A DNA stretch of 64,000 nt, taken from Protoeuglena noctilucae (lineage: Eukaryota). Numbering within the stretch: the stretch's first letter is position 1; the number at the start of each line of letters is the position of its first letter. Below, one piece after another: positions 1 to 13,421 of this stretch. The notes beneath the pieces were generated by a model. That model had not been told where the DNA came from, did not search any database, and saw only the letters and a list, made by a program, of their open reading frames with translations. The position numbers and the translations under genes are program-made. The DNA is taken from the NCBI GenBank assembly GCA_958009085.1, contig OY253683.1:558001-622000 (forward strand). Direction: 5' to 3'.

Positions 1-2631
1 GACGGGCAGCTTGGCCCACCGCGCGGCCTTGTCCGCGACCTGCTGGCTCCACAGCGAGAGCAGCTGCACGTGCGCGGGGCTCAGGTGGCAGCGCAGGCAC
101 CGGCGCTGGACGTGCAGGACGCTCTGAAACAGCGTCAGCCCCATCGACAGCATCACGTACGCCACCGCGGCAGCCGTCGCGTCCGCCTGCGTGCAGAAAC
201 GGTGCTCGTCTCGTCATAGTGAGACGGAGCGCATACAGCCGCCGCCACCCCTCGCGGCGCCCCTCACCTCGGTGCCATCTGCGTACAGCAGGAGCACCGT
301 GCCCGTGTCGCTCGCCAGGGTCTTGGACTGGGCCGCCCCCGCGCCCGCCTCGGGGTCCGGGGCCCCGCGGGCCACGGGGCTGCCGAAGCTGAGTTCCGAG
401 GCGGCGCTGCACGTGCTGGCGTCTGGGCCGGCCCTCCCCAGCGACACAGAGACAGCCCCCGCCTCCGTCGCGGCCGAGGGTGACACCACGCTGGCGCGGG
501 AGGCGCGGTGCGGCGTGGAGCCCAGGGGACCCGGGAAGGCCCAGAAGCCGGGTGCCTCGGGCGTGGGGGCGTCGACGCTGGCGCGGCTCGGGGAGGTGTC
601 GTGATCCGGGGTGGGCGTGGCGGCGGCGGCCAGGCCGGCGAGGCAGGCGCCCCCCCTGGCGGCGGCGATGTGGCGGAGGATGAGGTTGACCGCGCGCAGC
701 ATGGGCATCAGGGCCACGCCCGCCGGGTCGCGGGAGGCGGGGTTCCATGCACCCCTGGGTGACGCGCCGGGTACCTCCACGACGTGGCAGGGGAGGTGGG
801 CAGCGTGGCAGAGGAGCTTGGCGGAGGCGACCTCGGCGTGCGTTGAGGACCCGAAGGCCATCAGCTGGGGCGAGAGGACGACCGCGGCCGAGATGCGCAG
901 GCGGGCGAGCTCGCGGGCGTCCCCCAAAAGGGCGGTGCCGGCGGGCAGCGTGGCGACCAGAAGCCCCGGGGCAGCGGCGGCGGAGTGGGCGGCGCGCCAG
1001 GCGTGCATGGGGAGGAGGGCCGACACGTCCGATGCCTCCAGGGCGCGCGTGTTGGGGGCCCGCGCCGCCGCCCGGGCCCGCCGCGCCTGCGCCAGGGACC
1101 CCGCGCGGTCGGCCGCGGTGGTGGGGGCGCCGGAGGTGACGGAGGACACGGAGGGAGGCGGCTTTGCGTCCGCGAAGGCGACCGAGGCGGAGACGGACGA
1201 GGCGGTGGGCGTGGCGCTGGGCAGGGAGATGCGGAGGTGCGGGAGGCCCAGGGGGCCGGTCGGCGGGGGCGGGGTGGCGGGCGCACCCGGGGCCGCGGCT
1301 GCGAGGACCTCATGCACCCTCGCGCGGACCTGGGCCAGCGAGGGGCGCTGTCGGGGGTCGCGGACGAGGATGTAGCGGAGGATGGCGGCGACGTCGGGGA
1401 TTTCGTTCAGAGTGGCGAGGCGGGCTTCGGGGAAGAGGGGCTGGGCGTCCTGGGTGAGGCGGATGAAGAACCGGATCCAGTCGGGGTCGTAGAAGAGGAG
1501 CTCCCCGGTGGTGAGCTCGTAGAGGAGGCAGCCCAGGGACCAGACGTCCGCGGGTGGGCCGACGCCGGTGCCGGCGCGGCGGGCGTGGGCGACCTGGAGC
1601 ATCTCGGGGGACTTGACGAACTCGGTGCCGCGGTTGCGCCGCGTGGCGGGGTCGTCGCCGGGCCGGAAGAGCCGCGACTCGCCGAAGTCGGCGAGCACGA
1701 CGCGGAAGGGGAGGCGGTCGAGGTCCCAAAGGGACTCCCAGGGAGCGGCAGGGTCGAGGGGCGCAAGGAGGACGTTGTCGCATTTGAGGTCGTAGTGGAC
1801 CACGCCGCGCTCGGCCATGGCCACCACGGCGTCGACGACGGCGGCGAAGACGCGGAGGAGGGGCCGGGCGGAGGCGGCGGCGCTGGGGAGCGCGGCGCGC
1901 CAGTCCCGGAGCGACAGGGCCAGGTCCTCCAACACCAGGTAGATGTGGTGGTCATCGACGCCGTAGTCGTGCAGTCCGCACGCCCAGGGGAGGCCGTTGA
2001 GTGCCTCGAGGATGCGGACCTCCTCGAAGGCGTCCACCACGGCCGAGTGGTCGCTGGCAGAGGTTGGGAGGTCAATTGCCTTGAGGACCACAGTGCGGGG
2101 TCCCCCGAGCGCGGGCATCTGGCACCGGTGCACCGTGGCGAAGGCGCCGCGGGCGATGCGCTCGCGCGAGGCGTAGAGGGAGGGGCGGAAGAGGCAGGGG
2201 GCGGTGAGCCGCAGGAGCCGCATCACGCCCGCTCCTTGGGCCGGGGGCAGGTCATCGCAGAAGACGACCAGGTCGGGGACGGCGTGGTAGTTGAGGCGGT
2301 GGGAGAGGTGCGCGTGGAGGAGGGCGGGGACGTTGGGGGCGTGGCGGTCCACCCCAGACGCTTGGCTGCGAGGGTGGGGCGGATAGGGCTTCGCCGGCTC
2401 ATCACTACTTGCCACGTACCCTGCGCCCTGCAAGCCGTCCCTGCACCGCATCCACGTCCCCGCGTGCTCGGGCCTTGCTAGCATGCGATCAATAGCGCGC
2501 CTCACCAGTACAGGGGGCTGAGCGTGCCGTCTGAGCGCACCGCGAGCGCCAGGATGGCTTTCAGGCACGCGACCTGGAGCATCGGGTTCCGGAAGAGGGG
2601 ACGCCGCGTGCGCTCGATCAGATACTTCCAC
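1..2631 (-). CDS. Ser/Thr protein kinase domain followed by a degenerate dual-specificity-phosphatase-like domain (3' part of a large gene; runs off the left edge)
   Basis: Kinase motifs IARGAFATV, VVLK, HYDLKCDNVLL, LADFGES, GTEFVKSPE, DVWSLGCLLYEL. Splicing GT-AG intron 187-267 gives ...TVLLLYADGTE|ADATAAAVAYVMLSMGLTLFQSVLHVQRR...HVQLLSLW, which is DSP-like. Confidence 0.85.
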
Positions 2632-2779
2632 TCAGCCTCCGCGCGGCGCATGATCTCCAGGCGCTGGGCCGCGCGGCGCGCACGGGGCTCGCCCTTGCGC
2701 CTCGCGACCTGCAGACGTCAGGGACGCAGCACGGGTCAGGCATAGAGAACTCGACAAAAGAACACATTGTCACACCACC

Positions 2780-5700
2780 CCCCGTCGCGCCTCGTATGGG
2801 TCCCCACGTCTCTGTACAGGTCCCCACCTGCAGCTTGGCGCCGCGCCCTGTCATTCGCTTCTGCAGCTCCGTCAGCGCCCCCTCGTAGCCCTTGGTGGAG
2901 ACCAGCTCGTAGCACGACTCGAACTCCACGCGCTCGCGCGGCGCCCTCTGCCGGCGCGCGTCGTCGCTCAGCGCGTCCCGCTCCATAGCATTCGCCTGGG
3001 CCTCCACCGTCCGCCTCAGGTCCAAAGCAGGAACAGGGCCCGGCGCCAGGTAGGGCCTCCCTGGGCCATGGGGGATGCCCGAGGGGGGCGAGGTGGCGCT
3101 GGCCGCGTGATGCGATCGCACGCGGGAGGGGCGGGGAGGCACGCTGTCGACGCGGCTGCGGCGGAGACTCTGCGGGTGCAAGCAGAGGGCTGGGAAGCGT
3201 GACAGTGTTACAACGCAGTGCAGGGAGCCCCGCGAACCATGCGCCGTTCTGCGCTGCACCGCACCTCCAGCCCAGGGAGCGCCAGGCCCATCCCCCGCCC
3301 GGCCTGGGGTGACGGCGGTGGCAGGCCGTCGGAATCGCTGTCAGATGAGCCAGGGCCCGAGTCCAAAGCGCCCCACGGCGCGCCGCCGCTCGTGCTGTGC
3401 CGCCGGGCGCGGCGTGGCGACGCTCCGTCCGGCCCCGGAGTGTCTGGGCCGTCCCACTCCGACCCGCCCCACTCTCCCCGGTCACCCACCACAGCGCTGC
3501 CCCCGCGTCCGCTGCGCCCCGCCCTGTCCCCGTCTCCCTGCCGCGAGAGCACGCTCTTAGGCGAGAAGATGCTCAGGAAGGGGCTCTCCGTCCCCGTCTT
3601 GCGCTTCCTGCTCCGCTCCACCTCCCGCTCGTGACGCTCCAACGCCGTGGCGTCCACCTCAACGTCGCCCGTCAGCTCCGGAGCCCTCGGGGCGGAGAGC
3701 GCGTCCAGGGCCAGCGCCGGGGGCGGCGCGGCCGGCGATGCCTGCGTGAGAAAGCAGGAGGTGGGGGCACCGTGAGCAATTCCTAGCCCACCGGCGAGCG
3801 TTGGGTGAGCGTTGCCCCGGGGCCCCTCGCGACCCCGTTGGGCCCACTCGCCTCAAGCGCCTCCTCCCCGTCGCTCTGCGTCCCGCCCTTGATGACTGCG
3901 ACGGGCAGCTGGAGCTTGGGGAGCCGCGTGCTGCCCTTGCCCGTCTTGACCACCACGGCCCCCGCCAGCTTCCGCGCTCGCTCGCGCTCCCGGGCGGCCG
4001 GCCCGTGTCCCGGCGCGTGCTTTGATAGTAAGAAGCACCCCGCCTGCACCCCCCTCCACAGCTCGACGGCGCGCGACCCGACTGCCGCTGCGTGGTGCAG
4101 CATGTCGTGCTCCAGGGCCACCTCGTGCACCAGCAGGTCCATGACGCGCAGCTGAGTCAGGCGCGCGTGGGCCGCGGGGCTGTCGGACAGCGCCAGCGCC
4201 AGGAGGGCGTCCAGGTGGCCGCGCACGAGCGTCAGAACGCCGCGGTGCGGCGAACGGAGGAAGGCGAAGGGCGGCGTGGGGCCGGGGCCCGAGTGCATGG
4301 GCGCCCTGCAACAAGAGCGGGGGATGCAGGTGGTGTGGGGGCTCAACGGGGGCGCGTGGCACGCCAGCTGAGGCGTGAGCCATGCTGCGACCAAGCGCTG
4401 GGCATCTCACCGCCTCTGGGCGGGCGCGAGGAGAGCCGCCGGGTCGCCGTGGTACAGGCGCACAAAGCTCAGGAAGCTTGCGTGGACGTAGTGGCTGGCC
4501 AGGCCGGGGTCCTGGAGGGCCAGGCAGGGGCGGACGGAGAGGAGCTGCGACAACACGGGGCGGCAAGGGAGGCCATCAGGGTAAAGACACAACAGGCACA
4601 TTTGGCCAAGGTGAGAGATGCGGGCAGCTGCCACACATGCATGACTCCTCGCTCACCTCTCGCAGCACCTCGAGGGCGGCCATGACGACCTCGTCCGGCC
4701 ACACGCCCACGCTCCTACGGTCCTTGTCCCCCACTCCAGACACGGAGCAGCACCAAGGAACGCGGGAGCAGCACAGCGCGGCGAGGCAGCTGCCCTCGAC
4801 GGACAGCAGGAAGCGGAGGCGGGCCAGGCAGGCCGCGACGGGGACGCGAGTGCCGGTCGCAGCCACGCACCGCGCTGCGGCGGTGCTCAGGATGCCAGCC
4901 ACGGCGGCCATGCTCGCTGGGAGCTGGGAGGACGACGCTGGCAGCGCCAGCTCGGTCTCGGGACCCAGGCCCCCCTCGTCACCCGCATCTGTGGCCCCAC
5001 GGAGGAGCGCCGCCACGTCACGCCACAGCCACAGGACCGCGAGCTGCAGGGCGGTGCGGCGGCCGGGGGGCAGCGGCGTGGCAGGGGTGCAGAGGAGGGC
5101 GAAGCGCGTGAAGGCGCGGAGGAGGCCCAGGTGGCGTGGGTCCTGAACCAGCGTGGACAACAGGGCACGGCCCAGGGGCGTGCCGGCCGCGTGGTGAGCC
5201 ATGGATGCGAGGAGGGTGACGAGGGCCTGGAGTGTCTGCGAGAGTTGGGAATGGGGCATGGCAGTGTAACCTGGTCGTCACCGGCGAGGCAGGTTCAGCG
5301 AGAGACGGGCTTCACGACCACGCCCCCGGAGCACTCGATATCAATCTCGGTCACAGAGCAGCCCATCCACTCACGAGCACGTCGTCGAACTGCCAGTCGT
5401 CGAATGCCGCCACGTCGTCCTCCAGCGTCCCGTCTTCGTCGCACGCCGCGCGGTCGCACAGGCGGGACAGGAGGGACAGCAGGGCGGGGCCCACACGGGC
5501 CGCCACAGCCCTGGCCACCCCGACACCCGTGCTGCAGGACACGTGATGCGCGAGGCAGTACAGTTGCACGCTGGCGTCCCGTCTCCTGCACTCAGAACGC
5601 GGGGGCCTGGTCGGCAAGAGCGCTCTTCGCTCTCCACGCCAACGCACGACACCCCACGCCGCCTCACCACCGACTCCAAGCCCCCGCGTCCGCAGAGCCC

Positions 5701-8700
5701 GCCTCCACCAGCACCTCCAGCGCACGCTCCACCAAGGGGTCTGGCCCCTCCCCGTCCCCGCCTCCAGGCCCCCCCTTCGCGTCCCCCCCTGCGGCATTCA
5801 GCGCACGCAGCCCCAGCTCCCGCAGCGACCGGTCGAGCACCGCCTGGCCCATCAGCCACGCGCACTTGCGCGGCCCGCTGCCCTTGGCCCCGGGGACCCC
5901 GCACGCCCCGCCCCAGTCCGCCATCCAGTCCTCCGAAGACACCCCGTCCCACAGCTGCGGGTACACAGACCGCGGTCCCCCCGGCTGCCCCAGCCCCGCC
6001 GCGGCCCCCGCCCTCGCCGCGACCGCCAGCGTCTCCAGCACCGCCCGCCGCGCCAGGTACCCGTCCAGTGCCTCCGCGACCTCCTCCCACTCCCGCGCCC
6101 CCCCCGGCCACAGCACCCGGGCGTACCCGGGAGCAAGCGACATGAGCCCCGCCCGCAGCTGCCGGCGCAGCCCCGACGCGCTCAGCAGCCCCGGGTGCGG
6201 GCGACTAAAGATGGGGCCCGCCAGCTGCGCCGGGGTCACCAGGGGCACGACCTCCCCAGGTTCTGCAGTGGTCCCCCCGGCCCCGCCCTTGTCCCTCTTG
6301 GCCCGGGGCGCCTCGGACCGCGTCTTCATCATCAGCGCCAGGTCGGGAACCAACAAACCCTCCCCAACCGCCCTCGCAAGCGCATGGAGCTCCTCGGCCG
6401 CCTGCAACGGCGCCGCGTGGTCCCGGAAGGCATCTGCAAGGGTGCAGGGGGATGCAGAGAGGAGTTAGATGCGCTGACAACAGCGCTACGGCCAGGCATC
6501 GGGCGAAATCACTCCCCAGTGAACCAATGTAAGGGTGTCGCCTCACCTGGCCCTGCGCTGCCGTCTGCCAGCGCCGCTTCCCTCCGCGCCGCCCGCCCTA
6601 CCACCCGGCCGGGGCCCGCACCCTGCCCCAGGCCCAATGGCATCCCCGCGCTTAAGTCCAGATTGACGCTGATCTCGCGCACGTCCGACCCAGCGGCCGC
6701 GTCGCCCACCCAGGTGTCACGGTAGGGCGCCCGCGGCCCAGGCAGCCCCGCCCCACCCGAGCCGCCCCCGCGATCCGACTCCTCTCCACTCGCGGAGCGC
6801 CCGAGTGCGTACTTCGCAAGCGGTCCCCGATCCCCCTGCGCCCCGCCCTCGCTTGCTCTGGGCTCCGACGCACCCTGGGCGCCATCCGCCCCCGCCGCAC
6901 CCCTGTCCTCCTGGCCCCTCCTGCTGAGCCCGTCCCCAGCGGGAGCGCGCAAGCTGCGGCAGAAGAGGCGGCGCCCGGGACCCGCCCCCTCCTGGGCGGA
7001 AGGGACCCCACCGCGTCGATCGGTGGACAGTCGGTCGTACGCCGCGACGAGGGGACCCTGGAGCGCGGCGAGCGCTGGGCTGGCGGCGACGGGGGCGAGG
7101 GGCACGGCGCTGGCCATGACGATGAGCAGGTCGACGGGGGGAGGGGACGGCCCCCGGGTGAGCTGGTCCACGACAGCCGCGCAAAAGCGCTCGGCAGCGC
7201 ACGTCTCGGGGTCTGCGGGGAGGCTCGATGGAGAGGGTCGGTGTGGGCGTGGTCGGGGACTGCAACAGCGAGACGCCGATGCGCCGATGCTGAGGCACCG
7301 ATGCAGCGTCCTCTGCTGCCTCACCGGACCCGCCCAGCACGATCCGGATGCACTCCGCCACCTCGTCCGCCACCTCATCCGCCCGGCCCTTGGAGCGGCG
7401 CCGCGGGGCTAGCCTTAGCTGCCGCGCCACGTCCACCACGCCCACGAGGGCCTCGGTCACCCCCCGCGACACCCACTCTGACGTCAGGAAGACCCCGCCG
7501 GCCGGCGCGCCTGCCTCGGGCAGCCGGCACGCTGCCAGCAGCGCGCGGTGCACGCGATGCAGGGCCTCCACGCGGTCGGCCGCCCCGGGGGCGCAGAGGT
7601 CGGACACGAGCTCGGCGATGCTACGGTCGTGATGGGAGGGCTTAATGCCTCCCTTGCCCCTGCACGGACAGCGCCGGGAGAGATGAGATGGCTGACACGC
7701 GGTGCCACGTGCGCACGACCCATGCTCCTATGTTCCCATGCGCGGCCACTCACGAGGTCCCTGCTCCCGCCGTGACGCCCGGGACGCGGCCCCCCAGGGC
7801 GCAAGCCAGGGCCTCAGCCAGCGTGGCCACTCGGCCGGGGTGCGCGCCCGGCCGCGGCAGCGCCGCCACCGACTCGGGGATGGGGTGCGAGAGGGTCGAG
7901 TGGTCGTGGGGGAGGGGCGTGCCCATGGCATCTGTGTAGAGCACCTGCGGAGAGAGGGAAGGGGCCAAGACGAGTTGTGGGTCCCTTGCTTCAGGCGCAG
8001 CGTGTGAGGCACGTCGCCCGGCAGGTCACCTCGGCAGGCTCCAGGAGCAGCAGGCGGCTGCCGGCGAGGTCAATGCAGAGGTGCAGGGAGTCGATGCGCC
8101 CGCGCCCGGCGTCCTTGGTGGTGATAAGGAAGCCGCCCTGCGCAAAGGACACGACGCAGTCCCGGGACTCGAGGAGCTGCGGCGCGGCCACGGCCTCAGC
8201 GGGGAAGAAGAGCCCACAGTGCTCTGCGGGGAGAAAGGGGAGGGGAGGGGTGCCCTGGTCCTGGAGGCCGGCGCAACAGCAGCGCGGGCAGCGGCTGCGG
8301 GCTCTCGAGCGAGCGGGCTCACCCATGTCTGCGAGGAGGTACTCGAGTGTGGGGAGCAGGCGGTCGCACGCGCTCCGAAGGCTGTCCCACGCCTTGGCGT
8401 GGAGCGTCAGGCGAGCGGCCACGGGCAGGGTGTCGGGCAGAATCGGCACGGGCGGCGCGCCGGCGGACCCCTCGGAGAGGCGCGGGGACGTGAGGCCGCG
8501 CGGCGAGTGGCCCAGCGGAGTGGCGTAGCCAGAGGACGCCACGGCGGGGTCGTCCTCCGGGGCGTAGCGCGGCGTCGGCGTCTGACTGGACTGCACCTTG
8601 GCCACGCCGAGGGGGAAGGCCATGTGTCGGACGCACCCCGCCACGCTCATGGCCAGGCTGATGGGGGCCTGGCCCGACAGGATGTTCAGGGGGTCCGTCC

Positions 8701-8860
8701 ACACGAGCGTGCGCTCCCCGGCGTTTTGGAGGAGCGTGGCCTCGACAGCATCGCGGGTCGCCACGGCGATGCGCACGCTGTCCTCCGCGGCACACGCCCC
8801 GCGCATGCACGAGAGCCCCGCCCGCGACACCAGCGCACACTCGGCGACGAGCGCCGGCAT
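2780..8860 (-). CDS. Multi-exon helical/low-complexity coding region, probably the N-terminal part of the same kinase gene
   Basis: Chain of minus-strand coding-like segments (VEFESCYELVSTKGYEGAL, HLDALLALA...VHEVALEH, HYVHASFLSFVRLYH, RVEALHRVHRALL) flanked by GT..AG sites with no obvious intergenic gap. Candidate ATG at 8860. Could be more than one gene. Confidence 0.5.
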
Positions 8861-10324
8861 GGTGGGCGAGCGGCCAACGTCGGGATGTTCACCCCAGCCT
8901 GAACCCGCCGCGAGTCCGGCCGCGCGCCCTCGCCGGAGCGAACGAAGGGCCTGGGGAGTGCTCCCAGGGCTGTTCCACGCGGGGTGCGCACGCTGGCCTC
9001 CAGATGCGCGTACGTCCGTCCAGATCAAATCTCACTGCGATCGAAGCAACGGGGTTCGCGCTGTATCCCTCAAATCCTTCGCTGGCCTGCCAAGCGACAG
9101 CAGCCCCGGTGCGCACCGCTCCTGCAGGCCCCCGCGGCCAGGTCGACGCCCGCGCGCGCGCGAGACTGCCCTCACCACGAAGGCAGCTTCATGCGACCCC
9201 CAAACTCAGGCTCAGGTAAACGCGACTGGCATTCTCAACCGTGCCACGCAGAAACATTTCTGCGTGCGAGCGCCATTCATCTGCCGGGTGCGACGCAGGC
9301 AGCGCGCGAGCGTGGCCGCGGGTGTCGCGCGTCCGGTTCTCTGACAGGGGCAAACCAACCACGCCCTTCGCGAAGACGGGGCCCCGTCTTCCGCGGCCGA
9401 GCACTCGCAGCGCCGCGCGCTCCTCCCACGCATCAAAATTCCGTGCGTCGCGGCGCAGGGGGCCACGCGCGTGCGGCATCGTCGAGGTGAGAGAGAACCT
9501 CGCGCGCTCTGGTGTCCTCCGCCTCGGCCCGGGGGACCACATCTTCCCACTGCGTTCGCGCCTCCCGCCGGTCGTCTCGCTGGCCGTCCCCTCCCCGGCC
9601 CACGACTTCACTGACGAGCGCTCATGTCCGGCCCCCGCCCAGCGCGCTGTGCCTCCGCGCCTCCTGCCGGGGCGTGAGGCATTTATTCAAGTCGCTCCGG
9701 CCGTCTCCGTTGGGCGCCCCGGCCGTCCTCCTGGGCTGACGCCGGCGTTGCCCCCCCCGGACCGTTTCCGCGGACGCCCGCGCCTCTCGCCGACCGCCCT
9801 TGCCCAGCGGGCCTCCTTGTGACTATCCGCACGAATGACGCACGGTGACGCCGCGGGCCCGCGCGGGCTCGGCGCGGCGGGAGCCCACTTTTGGGCTGCA
9901 CTTGACGAAGCGCCCGGGCCCCCGCCCTGGCCCCGCTCGCCGGCCGCCTGCACGTCCTTTTTAAAATTTACCGCGTCGGGGCCAGCCGCGCCGCAGGCTG
10001 GTCGGGCTGCGATCCGCGAGGCCCCCCGCGCTTCCCCCGTCCCGCGCGATCCGCCCCCCGGCCCCTCCCCGGGCTCCCCCGCGGCGTTTCGGCTCTCATT
10101 CCCCGCGGGTGCCGCGCGTCGCGCGGGCGTTGGACCCCCCCCGTCGGTCGCAGCTGCATTGGGCGCCCTGGCCTGCGCGCGCGAGGCGCCCCGCCGCGCT
10201 GCGCGGTCGCGCGGGGGGCAGCCGTGCGGCCCTGCCGCGCCGGTGACTCAGCGACCATCGCCCCGCGCGCAGGGGTCGCGAGGAGGGCGGGCGCGTGGTG
10301 CGGCGGAGGGCCTCGGGCCTCACC

Positions 10325-11288
10325 ATGGGCGGCATGGATCTCCGGATCGGGGATAGGATCCAGGTCAAGTACGACCTGGTGGAGGACGACGGGGAGGTGC
10401 GTGCCGTGGGGCGAGGGCCGGCTGCATGTCGGCGCGCTCTGCCGCGGCCGGGCGACGGTCGCCCGTCGACCCCGGCGCGCAGGTCGAGTCGACCGTGTGG
10501 TGGGGAGCTCAGGTCAAGGACATCCAGATGGCTCCGGACGGGCGCCGGATTTACAGGCTCTTGTACGACGCGTACCCAGAGGGGGGTTCGGATGAGGCCG
10601 AGGTGGGATTGGAGGGCGTTGCGGCGAAGCCCGCGCCCGCGGCGCCCCGGCGTCGCCCCGTTGTCGCCTGCGCTCCGTCTCATGCCCCGCCCTCTTCCGT
10701 GCGCAGGAGCGGAGTGTGCAGCTGGGGGATGCGCCGGACCAGATATGGGAGCTGGACGACCACCTGCGGAGGACGGACCAGCAGACATTCCGCATGGAAC
10801 CGCCGGACGAGAAGGGGGTGTGGCCCGCCAACGTGAGTGAACTCTCTCCTGCGATTCGCGCCAAGGGGTCGGGGCTCGCGGGGCTCGCGGGTCTCAGTTC
10901 TGTGCGCGGCAGCGGCCGGGCAGGACCGGGACACATCCTCCACCGCCCGCAGGACGACGACACGGCGGGCTACCAGCAGTCGACGTACGCCACCTACGCT
11001 TCGATGAACCCACAGCTGCAGTGGTACTCGCAGCACGCGTACAACCAGCAGCAACAGATGGGGATGGACGCGCGGCAGCACGCGTCGTCGCAGGCGCACA
11101 ACCCCCACGCCGGCCAGCAGAGCATGCAGCAGGTCCTGCTACAACTCCAGCTGCAGGCACAGAGGCAGCAGCAGGCTGGCCAGGTAGGCGCCGGGGCGCT
11201 GCAGAGGCGCAAGGCAGGCCAGCGGGGCGCGGGCATTCCCCACATGGTCCCCTCCCTGCCCTGCTTTCAGTACCCCTACCAGCAGTGA
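10325..11288 (+). CDS. Hypothetical protein with Tudor/SH3-like N-terminal segment and Gln-rich tail
   Basis: Spliced exons MGGMDLRIGDRIQVKYDLVEDDGE|VESTVWWGAQVKDIQ...RRIYRLLYDAYPEGG..., then a Q-rich C-terminus ending at TGA 11288. Confidence 0.55.
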
Positions 11289-11970
11289 CGGCCGCGGCGT
11301 GGCCGGTGCCACGCGCTTGCGCTGGGAGTTGTGTGCTCGGGCGCCAGCTTCCTCCGCATCTTCTCAAGGCTCTCGGTCGGTCGGCGCATGCCCGTGTCGG
11401 GAGCACGGGCAGCCCGCCCCGCCGTCTGTCACTGTGTGCTGCGACTCCGCGCGACGGCTCGAGACGGGTGCACATCGGGGCTGATACTGCGCATGACATG
11501 AAGTTTGTGTGGCGAACGCCGCCCTGGCGTGAGGGCTAGGTTCCCCATGCAGCCCCGCACCCCATGCAGAGCTCTACGGAGGCGTGCGCGCATGGAGCCT
11601 TGCACGCCCCTTGAAGGCCCTCGATAGGCAGATCTCTGGGAGGTGTCGCTGGCACCCGCGGCAGAGAGGTTCCCCGGCGACATCGCCCTGCGCGATGTCA
11701 TCCACTTGCACAGATCCGATACCTCGTCGTCCAAGATGGCTCTTTGCGCCTCGATCGCCGCTGCGTTGAGGCCCCTTCCGGGCCCCTGCCGTGCCCCGTC
11801 GTCGCTGTGCAGGGCCAGGTGCGTGCAGCGACGCATTTCGTCTCATTCGCTCCACGGAGCGTCGGAGGGCCCGCACGCCTCCTTGGATCTCGCGGCCCAC
11901 GGCAGGCCGCGTCGCCCGTTAGAGCTGTCGCGTGCCCCCCCCGCGCGTGGCGCTAGAAATATGGCTGCCG

Positions 11971-13421
11971 ATGACGATTTCGATTGCCTGGGTCGTGCCC
12001 CGGCCGCGCGTTCGTCCTGGAACCGGGCGTTGACCCCAGGGGACGTGGCAAGGGACGACCCTGCGGGTCCACGCCCTGCCCGGGCCCTCGTGCGATGCCG
12101 CTTGCCTAGTGCCCGCCGGGGACGCCCTGCCCGCTCCCCAGGACCGCGAATGCGTTCGCAAGTGCGTCCCCGCGTGCGAGGGCAGGGTTCGATGGTGTTT
12201 CCGCGTCTCGCGCGCCCAGGTCGGCCGCGTTCGCACCGTCGCTGGCGCGGGGGGACTTGACGGTGCGGGCAAGAGCTACGGCCGAGGCGGGGAACAAGGG
12301 GGGCGCTGTGCAAGGCCACGACAGCTCGGCAGCGAGCAAGCCCGTCATTCGTATCGACAACAAGGTACGCGGGCTCCCGCCCCTGCTTTCGCGCTGGCGG
12401 CTCGCATCTGGCCCGCCGCGGGGAGGGGCTGCCACGGCCCTCCTCTGAGCGTGTTCTGCTGAGGCGCTTCGCCCGCCGCAAGCATTCACCTAGGTGCAGC
12501 TCGATGCTCACCTCGCCGGGCTCTGACGGCTGCGGACTGACGAGTTCTCATCTGTTGTTTGTATCCACAGAGCGATGAGTTCGCAACTGTCATAAATATC
12601 GAATTTGAGGAGGACCTGGGGGACCTGGTGGACCTGGTTCAGGCCATTCGCAACCTGGGGCTTAACGTCGTCCGCGCCTCGGTCGACTCGACTCCTGGGG
12701 ACGACCGCGCGGTGTACCAGTTCTTTGTGACGGGTGCGTGGTGCCGTTTGCCTCACATGCTTCGTGCCGGGGTGCCGAGGGTGAAAGCGGCCGTTCGATG
12801 CCTCACCGCAGACAAGTACACGAGCGACAAGGTGCTCAAGTCGGAGATGCTGGAGGAGATCCGCGTCGCCATCGCCTACTCCTTGCTTCAGAGCGTGGAC
12901 GACCTGGAGGGCAAGATCATGGCGGCCGCGCGGCCCGCCCCGGCCGAGGAGGGCAAGCCCGTGGCGCGCAACAAGGACGGCATCGCCACCAAGGTCTGGA
13001 TCTACCGGCATGTCACCGGCTCCCGCTCCATCCTCCGCGTGCGAACTTGGGTGAGGCGAACGAGAGCATTGCTGCAAATGAGCGCGGATGGGCAGGGCCA
13101 TCTGAGACTAAGGAGCTCGGCCTGGCGGCGGTGGCACGAGCAACGCAGCCTGCGCGTACCCGGCCCCATCCCTTGCATGCCTGGCGCGGTTGCCCGTTGC
13201 AGGACCGCCCCGGCGTCCTGGTGGAGATTGTGCGGACGCTCAAGGACATGAGCGTGAACGTCATCAGTGCCGAGATCGACACCATCGGCAACGAGGTGGA
13301 CGACACCTTCTTCGTCACGTACCAGGGCGAGGCTCTGCCGCCCAACATGGAGATTCTGGCCACCAACGCCCTGCAGTACCACCTCGGCCTGTTCGACGTC
13401 GAGCGGGACCACTCCTACTGA
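11971..13421 (+). CDS. ACT-domain repeat protein, ACR11/ACR12-like, probably plastid-targeted
   Basis: KPVIRIDNK|SDEFATVINIEF...LGLNVVRASV...FFVT|DKYTSDKV...EEIRVAI, and a second ACT repeat DRPGVLVEIVRTLKDMSVNVISAEIDTIG...FFVTYQGEAL. Start approximate. Confidence 0.88.

Noticed and set aside
985..2481. Long antisense or alternate-frame ORFs (e.g. 985-2481+, 20474-22666+, 46296-48269-, 39680-40921-)
   Set aside because: They lie opposite motif-supported genes. The scarcity of stop codons at very high GC3 explains them, and the translations show no recognisable motifs.
9030..10320. Longest apparent intergenic stretch considered as a possible ncRNA or mobile element
   Set aside because: I found no terminal repeats, cloverleaf or snRNA/snoRNA motifs. 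It is consistent with a divergent promoter and UTR region.
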